Shown: in pieces, positions 40,503 through 50,371 of the stretch | How positions within the stretch are numbered: position 1 is the first letter of the stretch | How the letters are laid out: every line of letters begins with the position of its first letter | Source of the DNA: Rhodocyclaceae bacterium | Lineage (GTDB): Bacteria; Pseudomonadota; Gammaproteobacteria; Burkholderiales; Rhodocyclaceae | Reading direction: 5' to 3' | Assembly: GCA_020445785.1 (NCBI GenBank) | Contig: JAGRFZ010000013.1 | Coordinates: 95,628 to 159,627 of the forward strand | Length of the DNA stretch: 64,000 bases | The notes under the pieces: generated by a model | Seen by the model: the letters and a program-made list of their open reading frames with translations, nothing else | Database searches by the model: none | Told to the model about the DNA's origin: nothing | Made by a program: the position numbers and the translations under genes

Positions 40503-41489
40503 TCATTCCGGGCGAATCTGCGAATAGGAAATGAAGACGAAGCGACCCGGCTTGCCACGCAGACCGTCACCCTCGTCGCTGACGATCAATACCCCGGCCG
40601 GCACTCCGTCGCGGACCACGGGGGTCACACCTTCGGCCTGTCGCAACTTGCCGATCTCCGGCGCGCGCAGCCGAACCGGTTGGCTGTCGCGATGCCCGTC
40701 CCACAGCCACAGCTTGAAGTTCTTGTCCGGACGGCGGCTGACGATCAGGTAGCCGCCCAGGTGCGGGTCCCAGGCCATTGCGCGGATGCCGCCGCGGTCG
40801 AGGTCGAGCAGGGTCAGGCGGTCGTCGATCTGGGGCGCCTCGTCGGCGTCGAACATCCCATGGGGATTGCGTAGCGTAACGACCACGGCCCGCTCGTCCA
40901 TCAGTGGCGCTCGCAGGCCGATCAGGAGGTGCCGGCGCTCGCGGTCGAAGCTCAGGCCCTCGATATTGAATCCTCCGTCGTCCTTGACGTCGCGGACCTT
41001 CGACGCCTCGCGAAGGAATTCGTGGCCGTGGGTGATCGCCTTGCGCAGGCCGCGCCGGAACTGCATATCGACGACGTCGTCTCCGCGAAGCACGAAACGT
41101 ACGATGTGTTCGCGCTCATCGTCGCGCTTGCCGCCCGACTTGCGCGAGTGGGAGGTGATGGCGTAGATCCGGCCGGCCTCGTCGATGCTCACGTCCTCGA
41201 GATCTTCGAGGATGCCGAGTGCGCGGTTCGGCGACAGCCAACCGGTCAATGATTTGCGCCACAGCGCCTGTTCCTGGGCATTGCCGTCCGCGTCCAGCGA
41301 AAAGAGCGAGACCGGCTGGGAGGATTCGTCCTCGACCACCAGGAAGCGGCCGTCTGCCATCTGCGCCACGCCGGAAGGTTCGAAGATCCGGTCGAACTTG
41401 CGGAAACCCTCGTCGGCGTTGCCGACGCTGCACGCCGACACCAGGGAAACGCCGACGGCCACCAACAGACACTCGACACCACCGCGCAA
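40503..41489 (-). CDS. DUF3616-like (phytase/beta-propeller-like) lipoprotein
   Basis: GGAGG RBS + TTG; lipobox VSAC; FEPSG, DLED, ITSHSR, FNIEGL, IGLRAP, QAEGV, VSDEG. Confidence 0.75.
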   Translation of the reverse strand: MRGGVECLLVAVGVSLVSACSVGNADEGFRKFDRIFEPSGVAQMADGRFLVVEDESSQPVSLFSLDADGNAQEQALWRKSLTGWLSPNRALGILEDLEDVSIDEAGRIYAITSHSRKSGGKRDDEREHIVRFVLRGDDVVDMQFRRGLRKAITHGHEFLREASKVRDVKDDGGFNIEGLSFDRERRHLLIGLRAPLMDERAVVVTLRNPHGMFDADEAPQIDDRLTLLDLDRGGIRAMAWDPHLGGYLIVSRRPDKNFKLWLWDGHRDSQPVRLRAPEIGKLRQAEGVTPVVRDGVPAGVLIVSDEGDGLRGKPGRFVFISYSQIRPE

Positions 41490-41511
41490 GGATTGCCTCC
41501 GGCCGGACGGC

Positions 41512-42381
41512 TCAGCTGCCGGTCCGACCCAATTGGATCTGCCCGAGCAGGGTCGCGAAATCCGGGGTGTGATGGAAGAAGCCGATGCCCAGCAGCAGCA
41601 GCGTGCTGAGGGTCAGCCCGGACAGGAAGATGGCATACGACAGGCTCAGCATGCGGAACTTCCGGTTCGCCATGGTACCGAGGAAATACAATTGGCGGCT
41701 CATGTTGCGATAGATCCGCCCGTTGTCGCGCAGCAATCCCAACATCGCCTCACTGTGCTCCTCCTCGGTGAGCGAGGAGAAGTCCTCGAACACCAGCACG
41801 TTGGCGCGATCGGCAGCGAAGTCCTCCGGCGTGTGCTTGCGCTGGAACAGACGGGGGCGCGCCGCCAGCACAGCGAAGATGATGGACGCCAGGCAGGTGG
41901 TCAGAAAGATCGCGATGGGCACCGTGAACATCGGCTCGGCGACCAGCACGAACGGGCCGGACAGGGTCAACACCGACAAGATGAAACCGTTCAGCGAGAT
42001 CATGATGTTGGCCTTGGTCGCCGCCAACGCGGTCAGGTCGAGCTGGGTGCGGTAGGAGGAACGGAACACCGTCTCGACACCGCGGGCGCTACCGAATTCG
42101 CCGGCCTGCTTGCTCTTTCCCGGCTTGGCCTCGGCCGCGCCAACGGCTCCTGCGCTATCGTCGGCCAGCTTGATCTTGGCTTTCTTCTTCGCCTTATCCG
42201 CCTTCTTCTTCTTGGGCTCGACGCCTTCTTCCGGCGGCAGCAGGAGAACCGCCGGCTCGGTCCGGCACGGACCGAACGCTTCCTGTTCAGACGGGTCGAC
42301 CGGGTGATCGGCAAAGCGCTCCGTATCCATCGCGGCAAGCGGCAGGGGGCTCAGTCTGGCGAACTCGGCTCTGGCGTTCAT
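41512..42381 (-). CDS. DUF5706 / Pycsar-effector-like membrane protein
   Basis: RGVETVFRSSYR..KANIMISLN, AVLAARP, QLYFLG..RKFRML..Y; Lys-rich N-terminal linker. Confidence 0.8.
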   Translation of the reverse strand: MNARAEFARLSPLPLAAMDTERFADHPVDPSEQEAFGPCRTEPAVLLLPPEEGVEPKKKKADKAKKKAKIKLADDSAGAVGAAEAKPGKSKQAGEFGSARGVETVFRSSYRTQLDLTALAATKANIMISLNGFILSVLTLSGPFVLVAEPMFTVPIAIFLTTCLASIIFAVLAARPRLFQRKHTPEDFAADRANVLVFEDFSSLTEEEHSEAMLGLLRDNGRIYRNMSRQLYFLGTMANRKFRMLSLSYAIFLSGLTLSTLLLLGIGFFHHTPDFATLLGQIQLGRTGS

Positions 42382-42410
42382 GGCGGACTCCTGTGGATAC
42401 CGAAGGGAAC

Positions 42411-42428
42411 GTTGCAGTTTTGTGACGA
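42411..42428 (-). promoter_or_regulatory. Pho-box-like direct repeat
   Basis: Minus strand TCGTCAC-AAAA-CTGCAAC versus consensus CTGTCAT-N4-CTGTCAC; 30 nt upstream of the DUF5706 start. Confidence 0.3.
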
Positions 42429-42829
42429 TTTACGCGAGGTTCATGCCAGCTCCCGCAAGGACCGGAAAAAAATCGTAAGCAACTGAAATTAAAAGATAAT
42501 CCTGACGATCTCCGGTGTACCCACAATTTCGCGTGGAAATTTTCCCCACACGGATGCGGCATTTCCCCCACCCAGTCGGTCACTGCACCCAAAATCCCCA
42601 CCCCAATCCTGGGGGAGGCGGGCCACCCCAGGTTGCCGCCGCGTCCACTTCGTCGACCCGCGCCATGACCGATTGCACATCGAGACGAGTCGTCACCGTG
42701 ATAGCGTGCCGCGGTCATGCCATTCGGGCGCACTGCGGGGCGTCAAGATTTCGCTCCTTCTGCCGATTGTGGCGGTGACATGGTCGCAATCCGCGCACGG
42801 CGGGACGTGGGCGGGGTAAGGAGTTCTGA

Positions 42830-43858
42830 ATGAGGCGCCTGATCGGAATCGGGCTGTTGCTGCTGTCCGCGTTCGCCCTGTCGCCGGCGCTGGCGGATGT
42901 CGTCTTGCTCGAGAACGGTGATCGCATCAGCGGACAGATCGTGCACAAGGGGAAGGACAGGCTCGACATTCGCACCCGGTACGCCGGCACGGTTTCCGTG
43001 CGCTGGAGCCATGTCGTGGCCGTCACCAGCGAGCGCCCGGTGACGATCCAGCGCCGCTCCGACGATGCGCTGGTGCGGGGCGTGCTGATCGCCGCCGACG
43101 AGGCCAGTCTGGCCATCGACGCGGGGCAGCAAGGCGTCGTGACGGTGGCGCTCGACGACGTCGGACACGTCAACCCCAGCTTGGCGGAGTCGGGCCGCGG
43201 CATCGACTACAAGGGCAGGGCGAGCCTCGCCGCCAGCGCCAACTCGGGCAACAGCGACACCCGCCGCCTGTATGGCGAGGCTTCGCTGTCCGGCACCGCG
43301 CGGGTCTATCGCTTCAACCTCGGCGCCAGCGGCGAAGCCCAGCAGGAAGGGGGCGAGACCAACGCCTTCAAGTGGCGGCTGGGGGCCGACTACGACCAAT
43401 TCACCCGGCGAGACCGTCGGCGCTTCGTCTATGGGCGCGCCTCGCTGGCGCACGACCGCTTTGCCGACATCCGACTGCGTTCGATCACCGGTGCCGGCTA
43501 CGGCTGGCAGATCCTCGAGAGCCCGGAAACCAGCCTGTCGGTCCGGGGCGGCGTCGACCTCGTCTTTCTGGATCGCATCGACGACGACGACGAACGCTAT
43601 CCTGCAGCGGGCTGGGGCCTGCGCTACAGTCGCCAGCTGCTCGCCGACACGGCCCGCTTCTTCCACGAGCAGGAAGGCTTCGTCGAACTGGGAGCGCCTT
43701 CCAACGTCAGCGTCCTGGCCAAGACGGGTCTGCGCTTCCCGGTAGTGGATAATCTCAACGCCAGCGCCCAGGTCAACCTCGACTACGAAGGCGAGCCGGG
43801 CGACGGCCGCAAGTTGTTGGATTCGAGCCTGGTGGTGGGCCTCGGCTACGATTGGTAG
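42830..43858 (+). CDS. DUF481 family outer-membrane beta-barrel
   Basis: Signal peptide, DVVLLENGDRISG, SGNSDT, C-terminal GLGYDW. Confidence 0.85.
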   Translation: MRRLIGIGLLLLSAFALSPALADVVLLENGDRISGQIVHKGKDRLDIRTRYAGTVSVRWSHVVAVTSERPVTIQRRSDDALVRGVLIAADEASLAIDAGQQGVVTVALDDVGHVNPSLAESGRGIDYKGRASLAASANSGNSDTRRLYGEASLSGTARVYRFNLGASGEAQQEGGETNAFKWRLGADYDQFTRRDRRRFVYGRASLAHDRFADIRLRSITGAGYGWQILESPETSLSVRGGVDLVFLDRIDDDDERYPAAGWGLRYSRQLLADTARFFHEQEGFVELGAPSNVSVLAKTGLRFPVVDNLNASAQVNLDYEGEPGDGRKLLDSSLVVGLGYDW

Positions 43859-43895
43859 CGGTTCCGGGATTCCCCGGTAGAAACGGAAGGGCAAG

Positions 43896-45515
43896 ATGAT
43901 GGGCGCATCCGCGCTGACCCTGTCGTTCGGCGGCGTCGGTCTGTTTCTGTTGGGCATGGCGCTGATGACCGACGGGCTCAAGCTGGCGGCCGGCCCAGCC
44001 CTCGGCAGACTGCTGGCTTCCTCCACCCAGACCCGCCTGCGCGGCCTGCTGTCCGGGATTCTCGTGACCGCGCTGGTGCAGTCCTCGTCGGCGGTGACGG
44101 TGGCGGCGATCGGCTTCGTCAACGCCGGCCTGCTGTCCTTCGGCCAGACTCTGTGGGTGCTGTTCGGTGCCAATGTCGGAACCACCATGACCGGTTGGCT
44201 GGTGGCCCTGATCGGCCTCAAGATCAAGATCGAGGCGGCTGCGCTGCCACTGGTGGGTATCGGCATGGCGCTGCAACTCGTCGGCGGAGAGGGCCGCCGA
44301 GCGCCGATCGGCCAGGTACTGACCGGCTTCGGCGTGCTGTTCATCGGCATCGGCTTCATGCAGCAGGCCTTCTCGAACAGCGGCGACGCCTTCGATCTGG
44401 CCAGGCTCGGGGGCTACGGCGTGCTTTCGACCCTGGCCTTCGTCGTTGCCGGCGCCGTACTGACGATGCTGATGCAGTCGTCCAGCGCCTCGCTGGCGGT
44501 GGTGCTGACCCTGGCCCAAACCGGCGTGCTACCGCTCTCCGAGGCTGCCGCCGGGGTCATCGGCGCCAACATCGGCACCACGGTCACGGCGATCCTGGCG
44601 GCGCTCGGCGCAACCCCCAACGCGCGCCGGGCGGCGGCCGCTCATGTGCTGTTCAATCTGATTACCGGCGCCGTCGCGCTGTTGCTGCTGCCCGGGCTGA
44701 TCCGGGCGGTGGATGGGCTGCGCGTGGCGTTTTCGCTGGAAGCGTCACCGGCGGTTAGCCTGGCCCTGTTCCACAGCATCTTCAATCTGCTCGGCGTGGC
44801 GCTGATGTTTCCGCTGGCGGGGCGCATGGAGCGCGCGCTGGCGATGCGTTTCGGACCCCGCGACGAGCAGGTCCGGCCACGCTACCTCGACCGCAACGTG
44901 GCGTCGGTGCCGGCACTGGCGATCAAAGCGCTGGATCTCGAATTGCGTCGGCTCGGCGGCATGAGCGTCGCGGAACTGCGCGAGGTGGTACACCGCTCCG
45001 GGAGCGTCGCAGTCGGCAAGGGATCGCCCCACAGTCGCACCGCGACCCTGGTGGAGCAAGTCGAGGCCTTCGTCACCGGCCTCAGTCGCCGCTCGATGTC
45101 GGCCGAATCCGCATCGCGTCTGGCCGACCAGTTGCGGGTGCTGCATTACTACGAGAACTGTGCCGAGCAACTCGTTGCGATGCACAAGGCAAAACGGGCG
45201 CCACGGACAGAGACGATCGCCGAACCCCTCGGCGAGCTGGAACGCAAGGCCGACCGGCTGCTGCGCCACTTCGATCCCCAGGGCGAAGACTTTGCGCCGC
45301 GCCAGCGTGACCGGGAGTCCGAATTCGAAGCCGCCTATCAGCGGACAAAGGCCGAGGTGCTGGCGGCCGGCGCCGCCGACGCGCTCGAGCTCGACGCCAT
45401 GGACGCGCTGCTGCACGGCCTCAGCGCACTGCGCCGGGCCCTCGACCAGGCCGGCAAGGCGGCCCGACTGCTCGATCGCGCAGCGCCGACCGAACCGGAG
45501 CCACACAGCGCCTAG
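43896..45515 (+). CDS. Na/Pi cotransporter family protein
   Basis: GGVGLFLLGM, two QSSS motifs, GANVGTT and GANIGTT. Confidence 0.93.
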   Translation: MMGASALTLSFGGVGLFLLGMALMTDGLKLAAGPALGRLLASSTQTRLRGLLSGILVTALVQSSSAVTVAAIGFVNAGLLSFGQTLWVLFGANVGTTMTGWLVALIGLKIKIEAAALPLVGIGMALQLVGGEGRRAPIGQVLTGFGVLFIGIGFMQQAFSNSGDAFDLARLGGYGVLSTLAFVVAGAVLTMLMQSSSASLAVVLTLAQTGVLPLSEAAAGVIGANIGTTVTAILAALGATPNARRAAAAHVLFNLITGAVALLLLPGLIRAVDGLRVAFSLEASPAVSLALFHSIFNLLGVALMFPLAGRMERALAMRFGPRDEQVRPRYLDRNVASVPALAIKALDLELRRLGGMSVAELREVVHRSGSVAVGKGSPHSRTATLVEQVEAFVTGLSRRSMSAESASRLADQLRVLHYYENCAEQLVAMHKAKRAPRTETIAEPLGELERKADRLLRHFDPQGEDFAPRQRDRESEFEAAYQRTKAEVLAAGAADALELDAMDALLHGLSALRRALDQAGKAARLLDRAAPTEPEPHSA

Positions 45516-45539
45516 TCCAGAATCGCTGTCGGATTCCGG

Positions 45540-45890
45540 CTAATCGAACAACTCGTCGACACGCTCGGGCGGTCGCGCCACCACGGCCCGGTCGCCACGA
45601 ACCACGACCGGCCGTTCGATCAGGATCGGATCGGTCACCATCGCATCGATCCAGTCGTCCTCGGTCATTGCTCGGCCCCGGTATTTTTCCTTGAACACGG
45701 ACTCGCCGCGCCGTACCAGGTCGGCCGCGGGCATGCCGAGCACGGCCAGCAGCCCTCTCAGCGCGTCGCGCTGCAGGGGTTGCCGGAGATATTCGATCAC
45801 CTCCGGTTCGATGCCGCGCGCACGCAGCAGGGCCAACGCCGTGCGGCTCTTGCCACAGCGCGGATTATGGTAAATCACCAGTTCGGACAT
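45540..45890 (-). CDS. arsC: Arsenate reductase (glutaredoxin type)
   Basis: YHNPRCGKSR, LIERP, ARPPE. Confidence 0.88.
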   Translation of the reverse strand: MSELVIYHNPRCGKSRTALALLRARGIEPEVIEYLRQPLQRDALRGLLAVLGMPAADLVRRGESVFKEKYRGRAMTEDDWIDAMVTDPILIERPVVVRGDRAVVARPPERVDELFD

Positions 45891-45941
45891 CCGTAGTTTC
45901 CTGCCGGCCACACCAGCCGGAGATCATAGCCGATACGCCTC

Positions 45942-46538
45942 ATGGACTTGGAAAAGCCTTTCTCGCCGGCCTGCGAACGCAACCGTGGCCCGATCCTCGC
46001 GATCCTGCAGCAGCTTTTCGGCGACTGCCGCGGCGTGCTCGAGATCGGCAGCGGCACCGGCCAACACGCAGTGCATTTCGCGGCTGCGATGCCCTGGCTG
46101 CGCTGGCAGTGCTCGGACCGCCGCGAAATGTTGCCGGGCATCCGCCGCTGGCTCGACGACGCCGCCTTGCCGAATCTGCCGGCGCCGATCGCCCTCGACG
46201 TCAATCACGTGGCCGAAGTCGGTCTGTACGACGCGGTCTTCACCGCCAACACCTTGCACATCATGGCGTGGGCCGAGGTGGAGCGAATGTTCCGGCAGGT
46301 GCCGGGGTGGTTACGGCCGGGGGGATGCTTGATCGTGTACGGTCCCTTCCACCGCGACGGCCGGGCCACCAGCGCCGGCAATGCCGCCTTCGACCGCAAG
46401 CTGAGGATGTCGGATCCGGCGTCCGGCATCCGCGATCTGGCGGAGGTCGACGGGCTTGCCGGCAGCGCCGGCCTTTGCCGCTGCGGCGAGTGGGCGATGC
46501 CCGCCAACAATCTGCTGGTGGCGTGGCAGGGTCATTGA
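45942..46538 (+). CDS. DUF938 SAM-dependent methyltransferase
   Basis: SPACERN, LEIGSGTGQH, YGPF, MPANN. Confidence 0.9.
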   Translation: MDLEKPFSPACERNRGPILAILQQLFGDCRGVLEIGSGTGQHAVHFAAAMPWLRWQCSDRREMLPGIRRWLDDAALPNLPAPIALDVNHVAEVGLYDAVFTANTLHIMAWAEVERMFRQVPGWLRPGGCLIVYGPFHRDGRATSAGNAAFDRKLRMSDPASGIRDLAEVDGLAGSAGLCRCGEWAMPANNLLVAWQGH

Positions 46539-46620
46539 CGGGCGGACGGCACTCGCCGCGACCGCTGCGGTCCATATACGGGAATCGCGACCAGCGGAAG
46601 GCCTGACCCCGGACACCACC

Positions 46621-47166
46621 ATGCACATTCCTGCCGTCAGCAACGAAGCCATTTCACCGGATCGGCTGCTGCGCCAGTTGCGCGCGGCATCCAACGAGCA
46701 GGTCGCGGCACCGTCGCCGTCGGCGGCCGTCACGCTCAGCACCGACGGCCGCCTCGCCCATCTGGTCGAGCGTCTGCGCGCCGGGGAGGACGAGCGCGTG
46801 GACAGCGGCGAAGTCGTGCGCCTGCTGGGGCGCTCCAACCTGTTCGCCGACCTTTCCGCGGCGCTGCCAGGCGCCAGCCCGGTGGATGTCGCTGGCCGAG
46901 TGGTCGCCGATGCCGGCGCCATCGGTCGTGGCGAGTTCGATCCCGCGTCGCTGGCGGCGCTGCTGCGAACGCTGCCCGATGCGGCATCCGTGCTGCGCTC
47001 GGCGGTAGCGGGCGCGGCCTTCGACGTACTGCTGCAGCCCGCAGGCAGCGAGACTGCGCCCTTGCCGGCCAGGGTCCGCCTGTATGTGGACAACGGCGGC
47101 GTCGCCGGCGTCGCAGTGGAAGCCGCACGCCAGCCTGATCTGTTCGCTCAGGCGCCGCCGCCGTGA
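46621..47166 (+). CDS. Hypothetical protein
   Basis: Protein-like ORF filling the gap before the convergent LysR gene; no motif recognised. Confidence 0.5.
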   Translation: MHIPAVSNEAISPDRLLRQLRAASNEQVAAPSPSAAVTLSTDGRLAHLVERLRAGEDERVDSGEVVRLLGRSNLFADLSAALPGASPVDVAGRVVADAGAIGRGEFDPASLAALLRTLPDAASVLRSAVAGAAFDVLLQPAGSETAPLPARVRLYVDNGGVAGVAVEAARQPDLFAQAPPP

Positions 47167-48113
47167 TCGTCCCGGGAAGCCGGCCCCAGCCCTTCGTCGG
47201 CGGCTGCTGCGGCGACCGCTTCCTCGGCTTCGGCGCAAACCCAGGCGGCGAAGTGATCGATCTCTTCGCGTCGCGGCGCTGGCGGCAGGATCAGCCAGAA
47301 TCCGCGGCCCTCCACCTTCCGGCGATCGCAGCCCAGGGCCCGTAGTTGCCCACTGCGGGTCATCCGATCGACCAGTTCGGCGCGACCGATGGCGACCCCG
47401 TGGCCGGCGACGGCGGCCTGGATGAGTTGGTCGTAGTGGGAAAACTCGAGGCGACCGGCTGGTGCGACCTGATCGAGTTCCATCGCCGCCAACCAGTCGT
47501 CCCAGCGCAGCCACGGGTAGCCCGGTTCGTCGAATTCGAGCAGTACGAGCTGGGGCAAGGTGTCGCGGTCGATGCGCTGGATCGCCAGTGCCGGACTGGC
47601 AACCGGCACGACCGACTCGCCGAACAGGCGCCGGGCGCCGGGCGGGGCATCCTGGTCACGGCAGTAGCGGATCGCGAGATCGATGCCGTCGCGCGCCAGA
47701 TCGAGGATGCGATTGCCGGCAGCGATGCGCACGTCGATTTCGGGATGGGCCGCCTGGAAAGCCGACAGCCTCGGTACCAGCCACAGGGCGGCGATGCCGA
47801 TGCTGGCGGTGACGGTGATGGGTCGGCGCAGTTCGCGCCGATCGAATTCGTCGGCGAGGCGGCCATAGTGGTCGAGCCATTCGGCGGCAGCGGTGAATAG
47901 CCGACGGCCCGCTGTCGTCAGCCGCAGTTCGCGCACGCCACGCTCGAACAGGCGGACCCCCAGTGCCTGTTCGAGGGTTTGCACCTGACGGCTGACGGCC
48001 GACTGGCTCAGGTGCAGGGCGGTCGCCGCGCGTGTGAAGGAGAGCGTGCGCGCGGCTTCGACAAAGCCCTTGAGCGGCTCCAGAGGCGGCACTCGACGAT
48101 CCCGTCTATTCAT
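47148..48113 (-). CDS. LysR family regulator (GcvA-like)
   Basis: LSFTRAATALHLSQSAVSRQVQTLE..LFER, WLVPRL, DLAIRY. Confidence 0.95.
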   Translation of the reverse strand: MNRRDRRVPPLEPLKGFVEAARTLSFTRAATALHLSQSAVSRQVQTLEQALGVRLFERGVRELRLTTAGRRLFTAAAEWLDHYGRLADEFDRRELRRPITVTASIGIAALWLVPRLSAFQAAHPEIDVRIAAGNRILDLARDGIDLAIRYCRDQDAPPGARRLFGESVVPVASPALAIQRIDRDTLPQLVLLEFDEPGYPWLRWDDWLAAMELDQVAPAGRLEFSHYDQLIQAAVAGHGVAIGRAELVDRMTRSGQLRALGCDRRKVEGRGFWLILPPAPRREEIDHFAAWVCAEAEEAVAAAAADEGLGPASRDDHGGGA

Positions 48114-48126
48114 GCGTTTTTCTCAT
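48112..48126. promoter_or_regulatory. LysR T-N11-A box candidate
   Basis: ATGCGTTTTTCTCAT overlapping the LysR start in the divergent intergenic region. Confidence 0.4.
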
Positions 48127-48234
48127 GCGTTTCATGCCGATTCAACGTTTGTGAGCTCGCCTTCACCCGTCGATACTTCATCTGCGGGGCGTGATGCCTA
48201 CCCCGAATGCCAGTCTAGCCGATGGAGGTGGAAC

Positions 48235-48585
48235 ATGAATGCGCATTCCGCATGGAAAAAGATCGTCGTTCCGGGCCGCAGCACATGTCTCGTCGAAAAT
48301 GCCGCGGGGGTCGAACTGCTGTGTATCGCGGGCGCTGCATGGATCACCCAGTACGGCGACGACCGCGACCTGGTGCTGCACGCCGGCCAGCGTGCCGTGC
48401 TTTCCCTGCCGACCGCGATCGTCATGAGTTCGCGGTCCGGAGCGGAGCTGTTGAGCCGGCCGCACGACCATGCCGCGCGTCGCGGGCGTGGCTGGTTGCG
48501 GCGCCTGCTCGGTGTGTTCGATCCGCGCTGGAGTGGTGCCGCCGCGCGCGGCCTGAATCACCGCATCGCGCACGCCGGGGTCTGA
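48235..48585 (+). CDS. DUF2917 family protein
   Basis: GGAGG RBS; C..G.AWITQYGDDRDLVL.AG; divergent from LysR. Confidence 0.8.
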   Translation: MNAHSAWKKIVVPGRSTCLVENAAGVELLCIAGAAWITQYGDDRDLVLHAGQRAVLSLPTAIVMSSRSGAELLSRPHDHAARRGRGWLRRLLGVFDPRWSGAAARGLNHRIAHAGV

Positions 48586-48739
48586 AGCATCGCCGATCGT
48601 GCGTGCCATACTGCAATCCGGGCTGCCCCATGGCGCGAAGCGACGCCTGCCGATCGGTCGGCGCGATCGACGATCGCTCGCGGGCCGCTGGCGCCGATTG
48701 CCGCGCCGCCCGACGCACCAGGCCGAAGGGGAGGACTGC

Positions 48740-49624
48740 ATGATGCTGCCGGACAACTTCGTCGAACAGGACCTCGATGTGGATGGCGTGACGATCCGCG
48801 TCAGCCATGGCGGCAGCGGCGAGCCACTGCTGCTGCTCCACGGCTATCCGCAGACCCGCCATATGTGGCACCGCGTGGCACCGGCACTCGCCCGGCACCA
48901 CCATGTCGTGTGCGCCGATCTGCGGGGCTATGGCGACAGCGCCAAGCCACCCGGCGGGGTGCGCTGCGGCGCCTACGCGAAGCGCGCGATGGCCGGCGAC
49001 ATGGCCGCGGTGATGAGCGCCCTCGGCCACGAGCGCTTCGCCCTGGTGGGCCACGACCGCGGTGCCCGGGTCGCCCATCGACTGGCCCTGGATCACGCCG
49101 CCCGGGTGACGCGACTGTGCGTGATGGACATTGCTCCGACCCGCCACATGTTCCGCACCGCAGATCGCCACTTCGCCACCGGCTACTACCACTGGTTCTT
49201 TCTGATCCAGCCGGATGGGCTTCCCGAACGCTTGATCGGTGCCGATCCGGAGTACTGGCTGCGGGAGAAGTTGAGACGCTGGGCCGCACCGGGGGCCGTT
49301 TTCGACGAGGGTGCGGTACGCGAGTACTTGCGCTGCTTCCGCACACCGGACGGCATTCGCGCGAGCTGCGACGACTACCGTGCCGCGGCCGACATCGATC
49401 TCGAGCACGACGACGCCGACTTCGGGCGACGGCGGATCGAGTGCCCGCTTCTGGTGTTGTGGGGGGAACGGGGCTTTGTCCATCGCAGCTATGACGTGCT
49501 GCCGATCTGGCGCGAGTACGCTCGCGAGGTCACCGGCCACACCGTGCCTTGTGGCCATTTCCTGCCGGAGGAAGCACCGGCCGAAGTCGGTGCGGCACTG
49601 CTCGCCTTTCTCGGGGACACGTGA
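48740..49624 (+). CDS. Alpha/beta hydrolase, haloacetate (fluoroacetate) dehalogenase-like
   Basis: HGYPQ, GHDRGAR, YYHWFF, CDDYRA, CGHFLPEE. Confidence 0.88.
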   Translation: MMLPDNFVEQDLDVDGVTIRVSHGGSGEPLLLLHGYPQTRHMWHRVAPALARHHHVVCADLRGYGDSAKPPGGVRCGAYAKRAMAGDMAAVMSALGHERFALVGHDRGARVAHRLALDHAARVTRLCVMDIAPTRHMFRTADRHFATGYYHWFFLIQPDGLPERLIGADPEYWLREKLRRWAAPGAVFDEGAVREYLRCFRTPDGIRASCDDYRAAADIDLEHDDADFGRRRIECPLLVLWGERGFVHRSYDVLPIWREYAREVTGHTVPCGHFLPEEAPAEVGAALLAFLGDT

Positions 49625-49626
49625 TC

Positions 49627-50280
49627 ATGGCGGAAGATGGCGCACGGCCGAGCATCGAATTCTGGTACGAATTCGCGAGTTCCTATTCCTATTTGTCGGT
49701 GATGCGGATCGAGGGGCTGGCAAGCGCCGCCGGCGTCGACGTCGCATGGCGCCCGTTTCTGCTGGGGCCGGTATTCATGAGCCTAGGCTGGAACGATTCG
49801 CCGTTCAACATCTACCCACCGAAGGGGCGCTACATGTGGCGCGACCTGGAACGCCTGTGTGCCCGCTACGGCATGCGTCTGCAGCGCCCCAGCGAGTTTC
49901 CCCGCAACGCCCTGCTGGCTGCGCGGGTGGCCTGCCAGGGCCAGGACCAGCCGTGGATCGGTGCCTTCAGCCGCAAGGTGATGGCGGCCAACTTCGCCGA
50001 CGACCGGGACATCGGCTCGGCCGACGTCATCGCCGACCTGCTGGACGGGTTTTCGCTGCCCGCATCGGATCTGATCGCCGCCGCCCAGCGGCCGGCGGGC
50101 AAGGAAGCATTGCGCCATCAAACCGAGCGGGCTTGCCAACTGGGCTTGTTCGGTGCGCCGAGCTTCGTCGTCGGCGGCGAGCTGTTCTGGGGAAACGACC
50201 GCCTCGAAGACGCTCTCGAGTGGGCCTGCGAAGCCGCGCGGGGGTCCGTGCCGCGCACCGGTACGTCTCATCTGGAATAA
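49627..50280 (+). CDS. 2-hydroxychromene-2-carboxylate isomerase / DsbA (kappa GST) family
   Basis: FWYEFASSYSY, GLFGAPSF, FWGNDRL. Confidence 0.9.
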   Translation: MAEDGARPSIEFWYEFASSYSYLSVMRIEGLASAAGVDVAWRPFLLGPVFMSLGWNDSPFNIYPPKGRYMWRDLERLCARYGMRLQRPSEFPRNALLAARVACQGQDQPWIGAFSRKVMAANFADDRDIGSADVIADLLDGFSLPASDLIAAAQRPAGKEALRHQTERACQLGLFGAPSFVVGGELFWGNDRLEDALEWACEAARGSVPRTGTSHLE

Positions 50281-50371
50281 TCTTCGCCACCCTTCTGTTG
50301 AGACAGGGTGCGGGGCCGCCCGGCGCCGCCCGATCCGAAAGTCCATCACGTCAAACGAGGTTGTGTACCCC

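Noticed and set aside
41512-42381. Complete Pycsar anti-phage system
   Set aside because: No nucleotide cyclase gene is adjacent, and the context is not a defence island
45540-45890. arsC as part of an arsenic-resistance operon
   Set aside because: Stand-alone gene with no arsR, arsB or acr3 nearby
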